Position numbers and translations under genes: made by a program. Positions 1 to 8,227 of a DNA stretch of 32,000 nucleotides are shown in pieces. The notes below the pieces were generated by a model that saw nothing but the letters and a program-made list of their open reading frames with translations, ran no database searches and had not been told where the DNA came from. Origin of the DNA: Pyrolobus fumarii 1A (GTDB lineage: Archaea > Thermoproteota > Thermoprotei_A > Sulfolobales > Pyrodictiaceae); NCBI RefSeq assembly GCF_000223395.1, contig NC_015931.1, positions 510,001 through 542,000 of the forward strand, given 5' to 3'. The first letter of the stretch is position 1, and each line of letters opens with the position of its first letter.

Positions 1-47
1 AAGCTCAGCGTTGAAGCCGGGAGCTAGGCGTAGGGGTGTCACTGACG

Positions 48-779
48 CTACTCTAGCCCCCATCTTACGCTCCTCGCGGCTACAGTCATAGATGCTACCA
101 GCCACGCTATGAGCGCGGTTAGCGGTAGTATCGGCGGGTATGGGCTTAGGCCCACGAGGCTCCGTGCGAACTCTGCCGCCGCGCCCGTCGGGACGAGCGT
201 CACGACAAGTAGCCTGAAGGGCTCCGGGATTACTGCTGCCGGGTAGAAGACCGGCGGCAGCATCATCAACGCGAAGCTTATCGGGTTGGTTATCGCCGCT
301 ATGTTTGTCGGCTTCTCTATCCTCATGGCTATGGCTAGGCCGAGGGCTGTACTGGTGGGTGTGAGTAGAAGCATTGCTGCGAAGCCAGCCAGGAGGTAGT
401 GTAGCGCGTTGAGCAGCACAGCCACAACTATCATGACGGCGAGCGGTGCCGGGGCGAAGATGAGGTGCCCGAGTAGCGCGCCGATGATATAGGCTCTTGG
501 CGTTACCGGGGACGCCACGAGCATGTCTATCATCCCCGTTATTCGCTTCCAACCCACCTCCTGCCCGACCACGTTGAGACCCAGCGAGAGGCCACTAGCC
601 ACCATGAATGCTATGAGGGTGTGGCGTACCGCGCCGACACCGCCCCACGCGTAGAGTATCACCATGAACGCAACTACAGTGAACACCTCTTGCACTATCC
701 ACATTGGTTGTCTCAGCACCCATCTCGACTCGAGGACGGCGACGCCCAGCACCTTGCGGAGGGTCTCCCGGAGGCTCAC
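48..779 (-). CDS. ABC-2-type transporter permease
   Basis: 243-aa ORF, strongly hydrophobic with about 6 predicted helices. Its GTG start (cac at 777-779) overlaps the TGA of the upstream ATPase gene by 4 nt (GTGA), which suggests a translationally coupled operon. Confidence 0.8.
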   Translation of the reverse strand: MSLRETLRKVLGVAVLESRWVLRQPMWIVQEVFTVVAFMVILYAWGGVGAVRHTLIAFMVASGLSLGLNVVGQEVGWKRITGMIDMLVASPVTPRAYIIGALLGHLIFAPAPLAVMIVVAVLLNALHYLLAGFAAMLLLTPTSTALGLAIAMRIEKPTNIAAITNPISFALMMLPPVFYPAAVIPEPFRLLVVTLVPTGAAAEFARSLVGLSPYPPILPLTALIAWLVASMTVAARSVRWGLE

Positions 780-1714
780 CGCGCGCCACCCCTCGTGTGG
801 TACAGGTAGACGTCCTCCAGCCCAACCTCCTCTATCGTGACGCTCTCCGCGTCAACCCTCGAGGCTATCTCGGAGGCCTCACCGCGGTCGCGCGCGTAGA
901 GCACGAGCATGTCGCCGATCTCTAGCCTCGGGCCGCTCCACTCGACCCTCCTGGGTCTCCGGAGCACGACGCGGTAACGGTAGGGTATGCTGCTCCGCAG
1001 CTCCTGGGGCGGGCCCTCGGCAGCCACACGCCCCTCGCTTATAAGCACCAGGTGGTCTGCGAGCGCCTCAGCCTCCCTCATGTCGTGTGTCGTCAGGAGA
1101 ACAGCGCTGCCCGACGAGGCGTACCTCCTCACGATGCCCCACACGCTGTACTTCGACTCCACGTCGAGGCCCGTGGACGGCTCGTCCAGGAACACCACCT
1201 CGGCGCCAGTAGCGAGCGCCATAGCGGTCACAACCTTCCTCTTCTGGCCTCCGGAGAGGTGCCAACCAGGCCTATCCCTCACATCCCAGAGCCCGAGCTC
1301 CTCTAGCACCTCCCTAGCCCTCGCATAGGCATCCGAGACGCTCCACCCACGGGCAACCAGGTACCACTTCACGGCCTCCATGGGCGTGAGGTTCGGGTCT
1401 ATGCTCGCCTCCTGTGGCACCAGCGCAATCCTCCTACGAACCTCCCAAGCCTCACGCACCACGTCGAAACCAGCCACAAGCCCACGACCGCCAGTAGGCC
1501 TAAGGAGAGTAGCCAGCATCTTCACGGTCGTGGTCTTCCCGGCGCCATTCGGCCCGAGGACGACCGTCACACGGCCATACGAGGCCCGGAAGGACACCTC
1601 CCTCGCGCCCCACACGCCATTAGGATACCGCTTCGAGAGGCTCTCGGCTACAACAGCCTCGCCGCGCGCCAAGATGCCCCGGGGCCTCCACAACCCCGCG
1701 ACAATACCCGACAT
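776..1714 (-). CDS. ABC transporter ATP-binding protein (DrrA/ABC-2 exporter type)
   Basis: Walker A GPNGAGKTT, signature LSGGQKRK, Walker B VVFLDEPSTGLD and H-loop TTHD are all visible. The ORF track extends to 1855, but the first 47 codons are hydrophobic and not ABC-like. An ATG at 1714 (MSGIVAGLW...) gives the usual about 25-aa lead before the beta-strand 'AVVAESLSKRY'. Confidence 0.9.
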   Translation of the reverse strand: MSGIVAGLWRPRGILARGEAVVAESLSKRYPNGVWGAREVSFRASYGRVTVVLGPNGAGKTTTVKMLATLLRPTGGRGLVAGFDVVREAWEVRRRIALVPQEASIDPNLTPMEAVKWYLVARGWSVSDAYARAREVLEELGLWDVRDRPGWHLSGGQKRKVVTAMALATGAEVVFLDEPSTGLDVESKYSVWGIVRRYASSGSAVLLTTHDMREAEALADHLVLISEGRVAAEGPPQELRSSIPYRYRVVLRRPRRVEWSGPRLEIGDMLVLYARDRGEASEIASRVDAESVTIEEVGLEDVYLYHTRGGAR

Positions 1715-1931
1715 AATAACAGCTTTGTGTGCAAACAGCCACACGTCAATATTGAATGGTAGGACAATTGTCGCCGGTAAAGACGGGTTTAGCGCGGCAG
1801 GTATCATAGCGAGCAAGGCTAGACTCTCGTTACACGGCGTCCATGCAACGCGCAACTATAATCCAGTTAGGTACCCGCAAACCCCAGACGTAGAAATAGA
1901 CGAGCCTATCTCAGTCCTGCTGGGGGAGGTT

Positions 1932-2431
1932 GTGCACACCACGGTGACTATCCGTATCCCGAGGAGCATGGTCAAGAGGCTTGCAAGGGAGGCTGAGAAG
2001 CTCGGAGTAACCCTCGAGGAGTATATACTCGACCTTCTCTCCAGCGACACCGACCCGCCCGAGAGAGCCCGGGAGTACGCGAGGCTGCACAAGCGCTCCT
2101 AGAGGAGGCGAAGGAGGAGCTGCAGCGGGGCGATGTACGCCAGGCCGCCGAGAAGGCATGGGGTGCCGCTGCGCTCGCCGTGAAGGCCTACGCGGCGTGG
2201 AGAGATGGAAGACGGTTAACCAGCCACGGCGAGCTATGGGAGTATATCGGGGTGTTGAAGAGGGAGCTGGGCGACTGGGCCAGTGACGCGTGGTATGCCG
2301 GGCAGAGCATGTACGTGTGCTTCTACGAGGGGTGGTGCAAGCCGTTCCACGTCCGGGATGCACTCGAGAGGATAGAGAGGCTTGTACAGGAGGTTGTCAG
2401 GAGGGTACTCGGTGAAGGCGTGGGAGCCTAG
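1932..2431 (+). pseudogene. PaREP1-family protein, interrupted by a 1-nt frameshift near 2085-2100
   Basis: Frame 3 encodes V(T)TIRIPRSMVKRLAREAEKLGVTLEEYILDLLSSDTDPPERAREYARLHKRS* (stop 2100-2102). Frame 2 is open from 2012 and reads ...AQALLEEAKEELQRGDVRQAAEKAWGAAALAVKAYAAWRDGRRLTSHGELWEYIGVL...FYEGW... through 2431. Together they give a full-length PaREP1-like architecture: an RHH-like N-terminus plus a helical 'QAAEKAWGA..A.KAYA..SH.ELW' core. The GTG start is at 1932 or 1944. Confidence 0.6.
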
Positions 2432-2536
2432 GCGCGTTAAGCTCGCCAGGGTTGGAGCGCGCCTCGTGCGTGTTGAACTCCGGTTTCGGGGTCCCGTCCT
2501 CGTGGCCGTATACCTTGGGACTCGGGTCTCGCGCCT

Positions 2537-2947
2537 CTAGGCCAATAGGCGTGTGTTTACACCGACTTGCCTGGCTGCCTCTGCTTGCCTAGCGTCGCAC
2601 GTCGCTAGGGTCGCTTTCTTGGCGAGGGCTAGGGCTACATAGAGCGCATCGTACACGGTGATACCCGTCTCTAGTGCCAGCCTGAAAGCATCTGTCAGCA
2701 CGCTGTCCTCCGGCTCCACAGTTACCACCCCCTTCTCGACGAGTATGGTGAGCGCCCTTGCCTTCTCCCTAGCCTCCCTGTGGCCTATCAGCCCCCTCCT
2801 GACGGCCTTCCAGATGGCGTTAAGCACCTCCTTCAGCGCATGGTCAACCGTAACCGCTGTGCTGGAAGCCAAGAGGTCCCTAGCCTTCTCCCAGCCCTCC
2901 TCCCGTAGTATGAAACGCGCCAGGATAGAAGCGTCAACCACTATCAC
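2537..2947 (-). CDS. vapC: PIN-domain toxin VapC
   Basis: 136 aa. N-terminal MIVVDASIL, plus acidic PIN residues in KEVLN, VYDALY and TCDARQ. It overlaps the upstream antitoxin ORF by 14 nt. Confidence 0.85.
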   Translation of the reverse strand: MIVVDASILARFILREEGWEKARDLLASSTAVTVDHALKEVLNAIWKAVRRGLIGHREAREKARALTILVEKGVVTVEPEDSVLTDAFRLALETGITVYDALYVALALAKKATLATCDARQAEAARQVGVNTRLLA

Positions 2948-3170
2948 GGTCCTCCCTCACCATCCGCACGACCATACCGCGAGGCAATACAGGGTGGCCT
3001 CGGAGCAACTCCTCAGCCTCACGTAGAGCCACAAGCCTCTCGTAGTACCTCACACGCTCCTCAAGGAACGCTATGATCTCCCTCCTCCAGTCAACGACGT
3101 CCCGCAGAGCCATCATCCTCTTCTTCAAATCCCGGGGCACCCGTATACTCAGAACCTCAGACACCCGCAC
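2934..3170 (-). CDS. vapB: VapB-type antitoxin (RHH-like, 'IRVPRDLKKRM' family)
   Basis: 78-aa ORF immediately upstream of the PIN gene and overlapping it. The motif LSIRVPRDLKKRMMALRDV.DWRREI is typical of archaeal VapB partners. Confidence 0.7.
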   Translation of the reverse strand: MRVSEVLSIRVPRDLKKRMMALRDVVDWRREIIAFLEERVRYYERLVALREAEELLRGHPVLPRGMVVRMVREDRDSG

Positions 3171-3220
3171 ACACCGCGCTCAACAACATGTAGACGGGGT
3201 CTAGATAAGCTTGCTCGTTC

Positions 3221-3306
3221 GGCCCGCGGGCTCCCACCAGCGAGACTAGCCACTACATGCTAGTCGAGGAGCGCAGCGGTCAGCGCTGCTTGCCAGCCCG
3301 CGAGCC
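3221..3306. other. GC-rich structured element (candidate ncRNA or regulatory structure)
   Basis: An outer inverted repeat, ggcccgcgggct (3221-3232) with agcccgcgagcc (3295-3306), pairs at 11 of 12 positions. It encloses two hairpins: gactagc-N8-gctagtc (3244-3265) and gcagcg-gtcag-cgctgc (3273-3289). The element lies in a 270-bp intergenic region that is otherwise AT-richer. Confidence 0.3.
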
Positions 3307-3411
3307 AATCGTAACGGACAGAATCAACATTCATTACAATCCATACCTGATACGTTCACATATCCCACAATCCAGTCGACCACGCAATCCGTCTTATGGC
3401 AGAGCGAATAA

Positions 3412-3420
3412 TTTATATAA
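3412..3420 (+). promoter_or_regulatory. TATA-box candidate for the amidotransferase gene
   Basis: tttatataa lies about 40 nt upstream of the ATG at 3457. It is the most AT-rich spot of the intergenic region. Confidence 0.4.
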
Positions 3421-3456
3421 GAACGTTTAGGAGACTATAATTTGCGGGTTGAACGT

Positions 3457-4254
3457 ATGTGTCGTCTATTCGGCTTATACGCTAACAAGCCTGTAGACGT
3501 CACCTTCAGCTTCTTTGAGTCCCCGAAGAACAGTCTAGTGGGGCTCTCATACAGTAATCCCCATGGATGGGGTGTCGCGTGGCTAGACAATAGCGGCTGG
3601 CAGGTGATCAAAGAACCCGTGGCATTGTACGAGTCGAGGAGAGCCAGGAAGGTTATCAAGAAGCGTGTCTACGGCAGGATAATAGTGTCTCACGTTAGGC
3701 TCGCCAGCTCCGGGGGCAGCGGGGTAGAGAATACACACCCGTGGGTCTACCGGGGCTGGGCATTCGCGCACAACGGGACCATATACGACAGGTCGGCACT
3801 GCTAAAGCTCCTCACCGACGAGCACCGTGATAGTCTCGAGGGCAGTACGGACTCTGAGGCGTTCTTCCACCTCATAGTCCAGGAGGCTGAGGAGCTGGGA
3901 GACCCTGTGGACGGCATAAAAAGCGCCATCAGGAAGATGAATAGGAGCGGGATTAGGTACACGTCGCTGAACTTTATCGCCAGCGACGGCGAGAGGCTCT
4001 ACGCCCTAAGGTACGCCGCCACAAGCCTAGGCTACTACACGCTCTACTACCTAGAAAGGCCAAGGGACGGCCTTGAGCTGAGGAGGTTGTCGGAGGTGAC
4101 GCGGCAGCTCATAGCGGCGAAGCTCGCCCGCGGCGAGAGAGCCTTGCTCGTAGCCTCTGAGCCTATGAGCGACGAGCCCAACTGGAAACCAATCCCGAAC
4201 AAACACCTACTCATAGTCTACTCCGACCTAAGCACAGAGATCGTGAGAGTGTAG
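3457..4254 (+). CDS. class II (Ntn-type) glutamine amidotransferase, YafJ-like
   Basis: MCRLFGLYANKP... has the catalytic Cys directly after the initiator Met, followed by HGWG and HVR.AS.G.....N.HP-like motifs. The ORF track starts 5 codons earlier at TTG 3442, which has AGGAG 8 nt upstream; that start would imply a short propeptide. Confidence 0.8.
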   Translation: MCRLFGLYANKPVDVTFSFFESPKNSLVGLSYSNPHGWGVAWLDNSGWQVIKEPVALYESRRARKVIKKRVYGRIIVSHVRLASSGGSGVENTHPWVYRGWAFAHNGTIYDRSALLKLLTDEHRDSLEGSTDSEAFFHLIVQEAEELGDPVDGIKSAIRKMNRSGIRYTSLNFIASDGERLYALRYAATSLGYYTLYYLERPRDGLELRRLSEVTRQLIAAKLARGERALLVASEPMSDEPNWKPIPNKHLLIVYSDLSTEIVRV

Positions 4255-4277
4255 CATGGTACATACTTGTTTAGGCT

Positions 4278-4298
4278 TCGAGCCTCTCCTCGGCTCGA
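4278..4298 (+). terminator. hairpin after the amidotransferase gene
   Basis: tcgagcc-tctcctc-ggctcga forms a 7-bp stem about 25 nt after the stop, preceded by the T-rich cttgttta. A tataag box follows directly at 4301-4306. Confidence 0.3.
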
Positions 4299-4361
4299 GG
4301 TATAAGTGGTTGACAGCGCGTCACGCTTAGCGCCAGCGCCAAACCAGTACAGGTTAAGCTA

Positions 4362-5399
4362 ATGGTGGTTGCTGTGCGTGGCTCGCGCCTGAAGCCGGGT
4401 AAGCTACCCCAGGATCTCCTTGAGCGTCTGGTGTTGCGGCGTGTGGGTGTGTTGGACGAGAGTGTGGTGGTCGGGCCTCGTGTTGGCGAGGACGCGGCCG
4501 TCACAAAGCTCGGTGATGACTTGTATCTCGTGGCGCATTTGGATCCGATAACGGCTGCTGGGAGGCTCGCGGGTTGGCTCGCCGTCCACGTCGCCTGTAA
4601 TGACGTTGCCGTTACGGGTGCTAGGCCGCGTTGGCTCCTCTCCCTCATACTGGCGCCCGTGGAGGCCGCCGAGGAGTTCATCGAGGAGGTTACGAGGCAG
4701 ATGCATGAGGCTGCCGTGGAGCTCGGCGTGGGTATAGTTGGTGGTCACACGGAGGTTGTGGAGGATAGGCAGCCGCTGGTTGCTGTCACTGCCGTGGGGG
4801 TTGCTAGGCGCCCAGTGTTGACGGGTGGAGCCCGCCCCGGCGACTACATTGTGATGAGTAAGACGGCGGGCGTCGAGGGCACGGCGATACTAGCAACGGA
4901 CTTCGAGGGTGTGCTAGTCGAGCGCGTGGGTAGGGACGTGGTGGAGAGGGCTAAGAGCTTCCTAAAGAGGGTGAGTGTCGTCAAGGAGGCCATCGTCCTC
5001 GCCGAGAAGGGGCTCGTAGACGCAATGCACGACCCTACGGAGGGTGGCGTGCTGGGCGGCGTATACGAGATGGCCTATGCTTCTGGGCTCGCGGCCGAGG
5101 TGTGGCTCGAGGAGATACCGGTCGCTGAGGAGACCAGGCTCATAGCCGAGGCTATGGGGGTAGACCCCTACAGACTCATAAGTAGTGGCGTGTTGCTCGC
5201 CGCCGTGCCGCCGGACAGGGTGGATGAGGTGCTGGGCGTGCTTAGGAGGGAGGCTGGCGTCGAGGCGGCGGTGATAGGACGGTTCCTGGGGGAGAGGAGG
5301 CCAGTCGTCCGGGTAATGGAGGGCGGAGTGGTCAAGGAAGTCATAGATAGCATGGTGCCCGACGAGATATACAGGGTTGTATCGAGGGCGTCAAGCTGA
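4362..5399 (+). CDS. AIR synthase-related protein (PurM/HypE/ThiL/SelD fold, COG2144-like)
   Basis: 345 aa. N-terminal PGKLPQDLLERLV..., then GEDAAV....HLDPIT, GGHTE and DPTEGG, which are typical of the PurM-like ATP-binding superfamily. Confidence 0.75.
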   Translation: MVVAVRGSRLKPGKLPQDLLERLVLRRVGVLDESVVVGPRVGEDAAVTKLGDDLYLVAHLDPITAAGRLAGWLAVHVACNDVAVTGARPRWLLSLILAPVEAAEEFIEEVTRQMHEAAVELGVGIVGGHTEVVEDRQPLVAVTAVGVARRPVLTGGARPGDYIVMSKTAGVEGTAILATDFEGVLVERVGRDVVERAKSFLKRVSVVKEAIVLAEKGLVDAMHDPTEGGVLGGVYEMAYASGLAAEVWLEEIPVAEETRLIAEAMGVDPYRLISSGVLLAAVPPDRVDEVLGVLRREAGVEAAVIGRFLGERRPVVRVMEGGVVKEVIDSMVPDEIYRVVSRASS

Positions 5400-5513
5400 G
5401 TGCATTCTGTCGTAGATGCGGCTCCATTCACTACAACCCGCCGCCATCAACCAGGTACAGTGCCGACGGTGCAACTGTGAAGTCATATCATGATACGCAT
5501 ATGTACTTGGCTT

Positions 5514-5522
5514 GTGTATATT
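5514..5522 (+). promoter_or_regulatory. TATA-box candidate (leaderless start at 5543)
   Basis: gtgtatatt is centred about 24 nt upstream of the in-frame GTG at 5543. Confidence 0.35.
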
Positions 5523-5542
5523 CCGGGCGGGAGTGGTGTAGA

Positions 5543-6136
5543 GTGACGCTTGATACCGGGTTATTAGAAGAGCCGTTGCCTAAGCCTAGGAGAGATCTCG
5601 TCAGCTACGCTGGTGCACGGACGCTAGAGTCTCTTCTGGAGTCGCTGTTGTCGCTGGAGTTCCTCGGCAAGGGTTACACTAGGAATGCTGCCGGGAAGGC
5701 CTTCCAGGCGTGGAAAGCGCTGCTTGGGGCGCTCCTGGCGCTAAACCGGGACAAACTAGAGGAGATACTTGGGAACAGGGAGCAGGTTAGGTGGCTAGAG
5801 GAGATTGGGATACCCCGTGTGCCGACAGCTAAGCTTAAGCGGCTGGCACAGCTGCTAGAACGAGCAGGTTATAAGTATATCTCGTTCCACATTGATAAAG
5901 CACTGGATCTCCATGATTACCAGTACCACGGGCCCGATCCGAGCGGAGAACTATCCAAATATACTAGTAGAGGGGAGGCAGCCGAGGATATCATCCTCCT
6001 GCTGGAGGCGCTGGTAGAGCTGGTAGAGAGGAGGGTCAAACCAGTGCTTGAAAGCGTGGGGCAGTGGACGGATGAGCATAGCCAAGCGCTACGCCAGCTG
6101 GAGAAGAGGATAAGCACCCTAAAGGGGGCGAGGTAG
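5543..6136 (+). CDS. hypothetical helical protein, PaREP1/PaREP8-like (HEPN-like)
   Basis: The core GYTRNAAGKAFQAWKALLGALLA....ALDLHDYQYHGP parallels the PaREP1 pattern QAAEKAWGAAALAVKAYA....FYEGW seen at 2120-2340. The ORF track start at 5477 adds 22 codons (MKSYHDTHMYLACVYSGREWCR) that overlap the AT-rich promoter-like sequence, so I prefer GTG 5543. Confidence 0.55.
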   Translation: MTLDTGLLEEPLPKPRRDLVSYAGARTLESLLESLLSLEFLGKGYTRNAAGKAFQAWKALLGALLALNRDKLEEILGNREQVRWLEEIGIPRVPTAKLKRLAQLLERAGYKYISFHIDKALDLHDYQYHGPDPSGELSKYTSRGEAAEDIILLLEALVELVERRVKPVLESVGQWTDEHSQALRQLEKRISTLKGAR

Positions 6137-6406
6137 CGGTCAAATCGCAGCCCTGTGTCGAGACTTTCCGAGCGGCTAGTTGAAGAGGCGGCGTCCTCCC
6201 AAGCCCGGTACGCCTACGCCCCGATAGTATTGGTGGCGGTTTCATACCTGGTAGCCTTCTGCCCAGCCCCGGCGGCTTTTGCCTAGGCACCGTTCTCGTA
6301 GGTAAGCTATGTTTAGTCGACGGGTATAACACGCAACCTATGGGACATACTCGTAGGCTTATCCTAGTCCTTGCCTCCTCTCCGGGAGGCGTAGGGTGGA
6401 CGCGCC

Positions 6407-7633
6407 ATGGCCATGGACTGCCCGGCGCTGGACGGCGAGCCTCTTGTCGAGGCTAGGGAGGGGTTGGCGAGGCTCTGTGTACCGGACCCAAAGAGGTACC
6501 TTAGGCCTGACGGCGTGTATGAGCCTGCGTGGGCGCCTGTCTTCTACAACCCCAGGATGGCGTTCAACCGTGACGTGGCTGTCGTGTTCCTAAGGGCGTG
6601 GGCCAAGCTACGCGGCGTCGACGAGCCTGTGGTTGTCGAGCCGCTTGCTGGCTCCGGTGTTAGGGCTGTACGATATGCTCTCGAGGCTGGCGCTGGTCGC
6701 GTGTATGCCGTTGATATCGACCCGGTGGCGGTGAGGCTAGCGGAGATCAACATCGAGGTTAACAAGGTTGCGGATCGCGTGTACCTCGCGCAGGGCGATG
6801 CTAATGCCTTCCTGCACACTCTCCGCTCCAAGAAAGCCAGGGTACACCTGGTTGATCTCGACCCCTTCGGCTCCCCGGCGCCATTCATAGAGGCTAGTCT
6901 AGCGGCACTCCGAGGTAGAGGCGTGCTAGCAGCCACGGCTACCGACACAGCCCCGTTGACCGGCACGCACCCGGCAGCCCTCAGGAGGCGCTATGATGTA
7001 GTCCCGGGTAGGAGCTTCCTGGAGAAGGAGCAGGCTGTGAGGATACTAGCGGGCTACATCATACGCCGCGCGGCTAGCCGCGAGTACGGGGCCAAGGTGC
7101 TCCTCGCATACTACGCGGACTACTATGTCCGCGTTTATGTCGAGCTTGTGCCGGGCGCAAGAAGGGCGGATAAGAGCCTCGAGAGCCTCGCCTACCTCGC
7201 CTTCTGCCCGAAGTGCGGCATAGCGTGGTACGCGAGTAAGCCTTGGAGGCCGGGAGGCTGCCCGCGCTGCGGCTCCCAGCCGCAGCTCATAGGGCCGGTC
7301 TATGCGGGGCCGCTCTGCGACGAGAAGCTCGTAGACGAGATGATACGCGTGGCTAGCGAGGCAAGCTGGCTCAGCAACCAGGCGAGGACACTCGAACTGC
7401 TCCGCCAGCTTCGCGAGGAGTGCGGGCTTGTCAACCCGCACTACCGGGTGGACAAGGTGGCCTCCGTGTTGAAGGTCAACATGCCGAGCCCGAGGCTGGT
7501 CGTCGAGGAGCTGAGGAGGCTCGGGTATCGCGCCACGCTAACCCACTTCGATAAACGCGGTGTGAGGAGTGACGCGCCGCCAGACGTCATCTACAATGTT
7601 GTCTGGCGGCTCTCCCCGTCAAATGCCGGTTAG
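6407..7633 (+). CDS. trm1: tRNA (guanine(26)-N2)-dimethyltransferase Trm1
   Basis: 408 aa. FYNPRMAFNRDVAV, SAM-binding EPLAGSGVRAVRYA, DLDPFGSPAPF, and a Cys cluster CPKCG...CPRCG. Confidence 0.9.
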   Translation: MAMDCPALDGEPLVEAREGLARLCVPDPKRYLRPDGVYEPAWAPVFYNPRMAFNRDVAVVFLRAWAKLRGVDEPVVVEPLAGSGVRAVRYALEAGAGRVYAVDIDPVAVRLAEINIEVNKVADRVYLAQGDANAFLHTLRSKKARVHLVDLDPFGSPAPFIEASLAALRGRGVLAATATDTAPLTGTHPAALRRRYDVVPGRSFLEKEQAVRILAGYIIRRAASREYGAKVLLAYYADYYVRVYVELVPGARRADKSLESLAYLAFCPKCGIAWYASKPWRPGGCPRCGSQPQLIGPVYAGPLCDEKLVDEMIRVASEASWLSNQARTLELLRQLREECGLVNPHYRVDKVASVLKVNMPSPRLVVEELRRLGYRATLTHFDKRGVRSDAPPDVIYNVVWRLSPSNAG

Positions 7634-8046
7634 CGCCTCTCCCTCTCCTCGGTCTTGCTCGTCAACCAGATTGAGAGCCTCGGGCACTTGCGGGGGTCGT
7701 GGAAGCCGCCGGTGTAGCACTCGTGCAGGTAGAGGCACGTGAAGCACGGCACCTCGATAGCGACGTTCAGCGAGACGTCCATCTTGAAGCTCCTTGGCGT
7801 CGTGGAGCCGGGCTTCGCCAGGTAGAGCTTGTAGGTACGGTGCCCCCTGTGTACCGCCGGCTCACGTACAATCAAGCCCTTCTTGTAGAGGCGCAGCGCT
7901 AGCCTCGACCCCTCACGGCTGTCTATGCCCAGCAACTTCCACAACTCGTGCTGGTAGATGCCCTCCTTGCCACGGCTCTTTATTATCTCGAGGGCCTTCT
8001 GCTCGAGCTCCGAGAGGCTTGGTCTATGCTCCTCCGAGATAGCCAT
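7630..8046 (-). CDS. winged-helix DNA-binding protein with C-terminal Cys/His-rich domain
   Basis: LSELEQKALEIIKSRGKEGIYQHELWKLLGIDSREGSRLALRLYKKGLIVRE is a wHTH. The C-terminus carries CFTCLYLHECYTGGFHDPRKCP. The ATG at 8046 has GGAGGGG 7 nt upstream; the ORF track start at 8142 is the alternative. Its stop overlaps the trm1 stop (ttag, convergent). Confidence 0.65.
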   Translation of the reverse strand: MAISEEHRPSLSELEQKALEIIKSRGKEGIYQHELWKLLGIDSREGSRLALRLYKKGLIVREPAVHRGHRTYKLYLAKPGSTTPRSFKMDVSLNVAIEVPCFTCLYLHECYTGGFHDPRKCPRLSIWLTSKTEERERR

Positions 8047-8227
8047 CTCTGACCCCTCCCCTAAGAGGGTGTGACTACCCCGAAATTGTATTTCTCTCTC
8101 GAGAAGCCCCCTATATCCTACATCTTCACACTCCACCCGCATCTATCATAAACTAGGGTTAATTAGAGGGTGTATGTACCTAGTCTAGTTGTGAGACTGT
8201 CGCCACAGCGAAGATTTAGCATGAGGA

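Noticed and set aside
1380-2102. 240-aa plus-strand ORF in the track
   Set aside because: Its first about 180 codons are antisense to the well-supported ABC ATPase gene and have Ser/Thr/Arg/Pro-rich junk composition. Only the last about 55 codons (from about 1932) are real, as the 5' part of the frameshifted PaREP1 gene.
1911-2363. 150-aa minus-strand ORF
   Set aside because: It is Arg/Pro/Ser/Thr-rich, antisense to the recognisable PaREP1 sequence, and has no motif. It is a typical high-GC shadow ORF.
3340-3362. Shared 10-mer gatacgttca with 12520-12529 (possible dispersed repeat)
   Set aside because: Hundreds of 10-mer coincidences are expected by chance within 32 kb, and the flanks do not extend the match.
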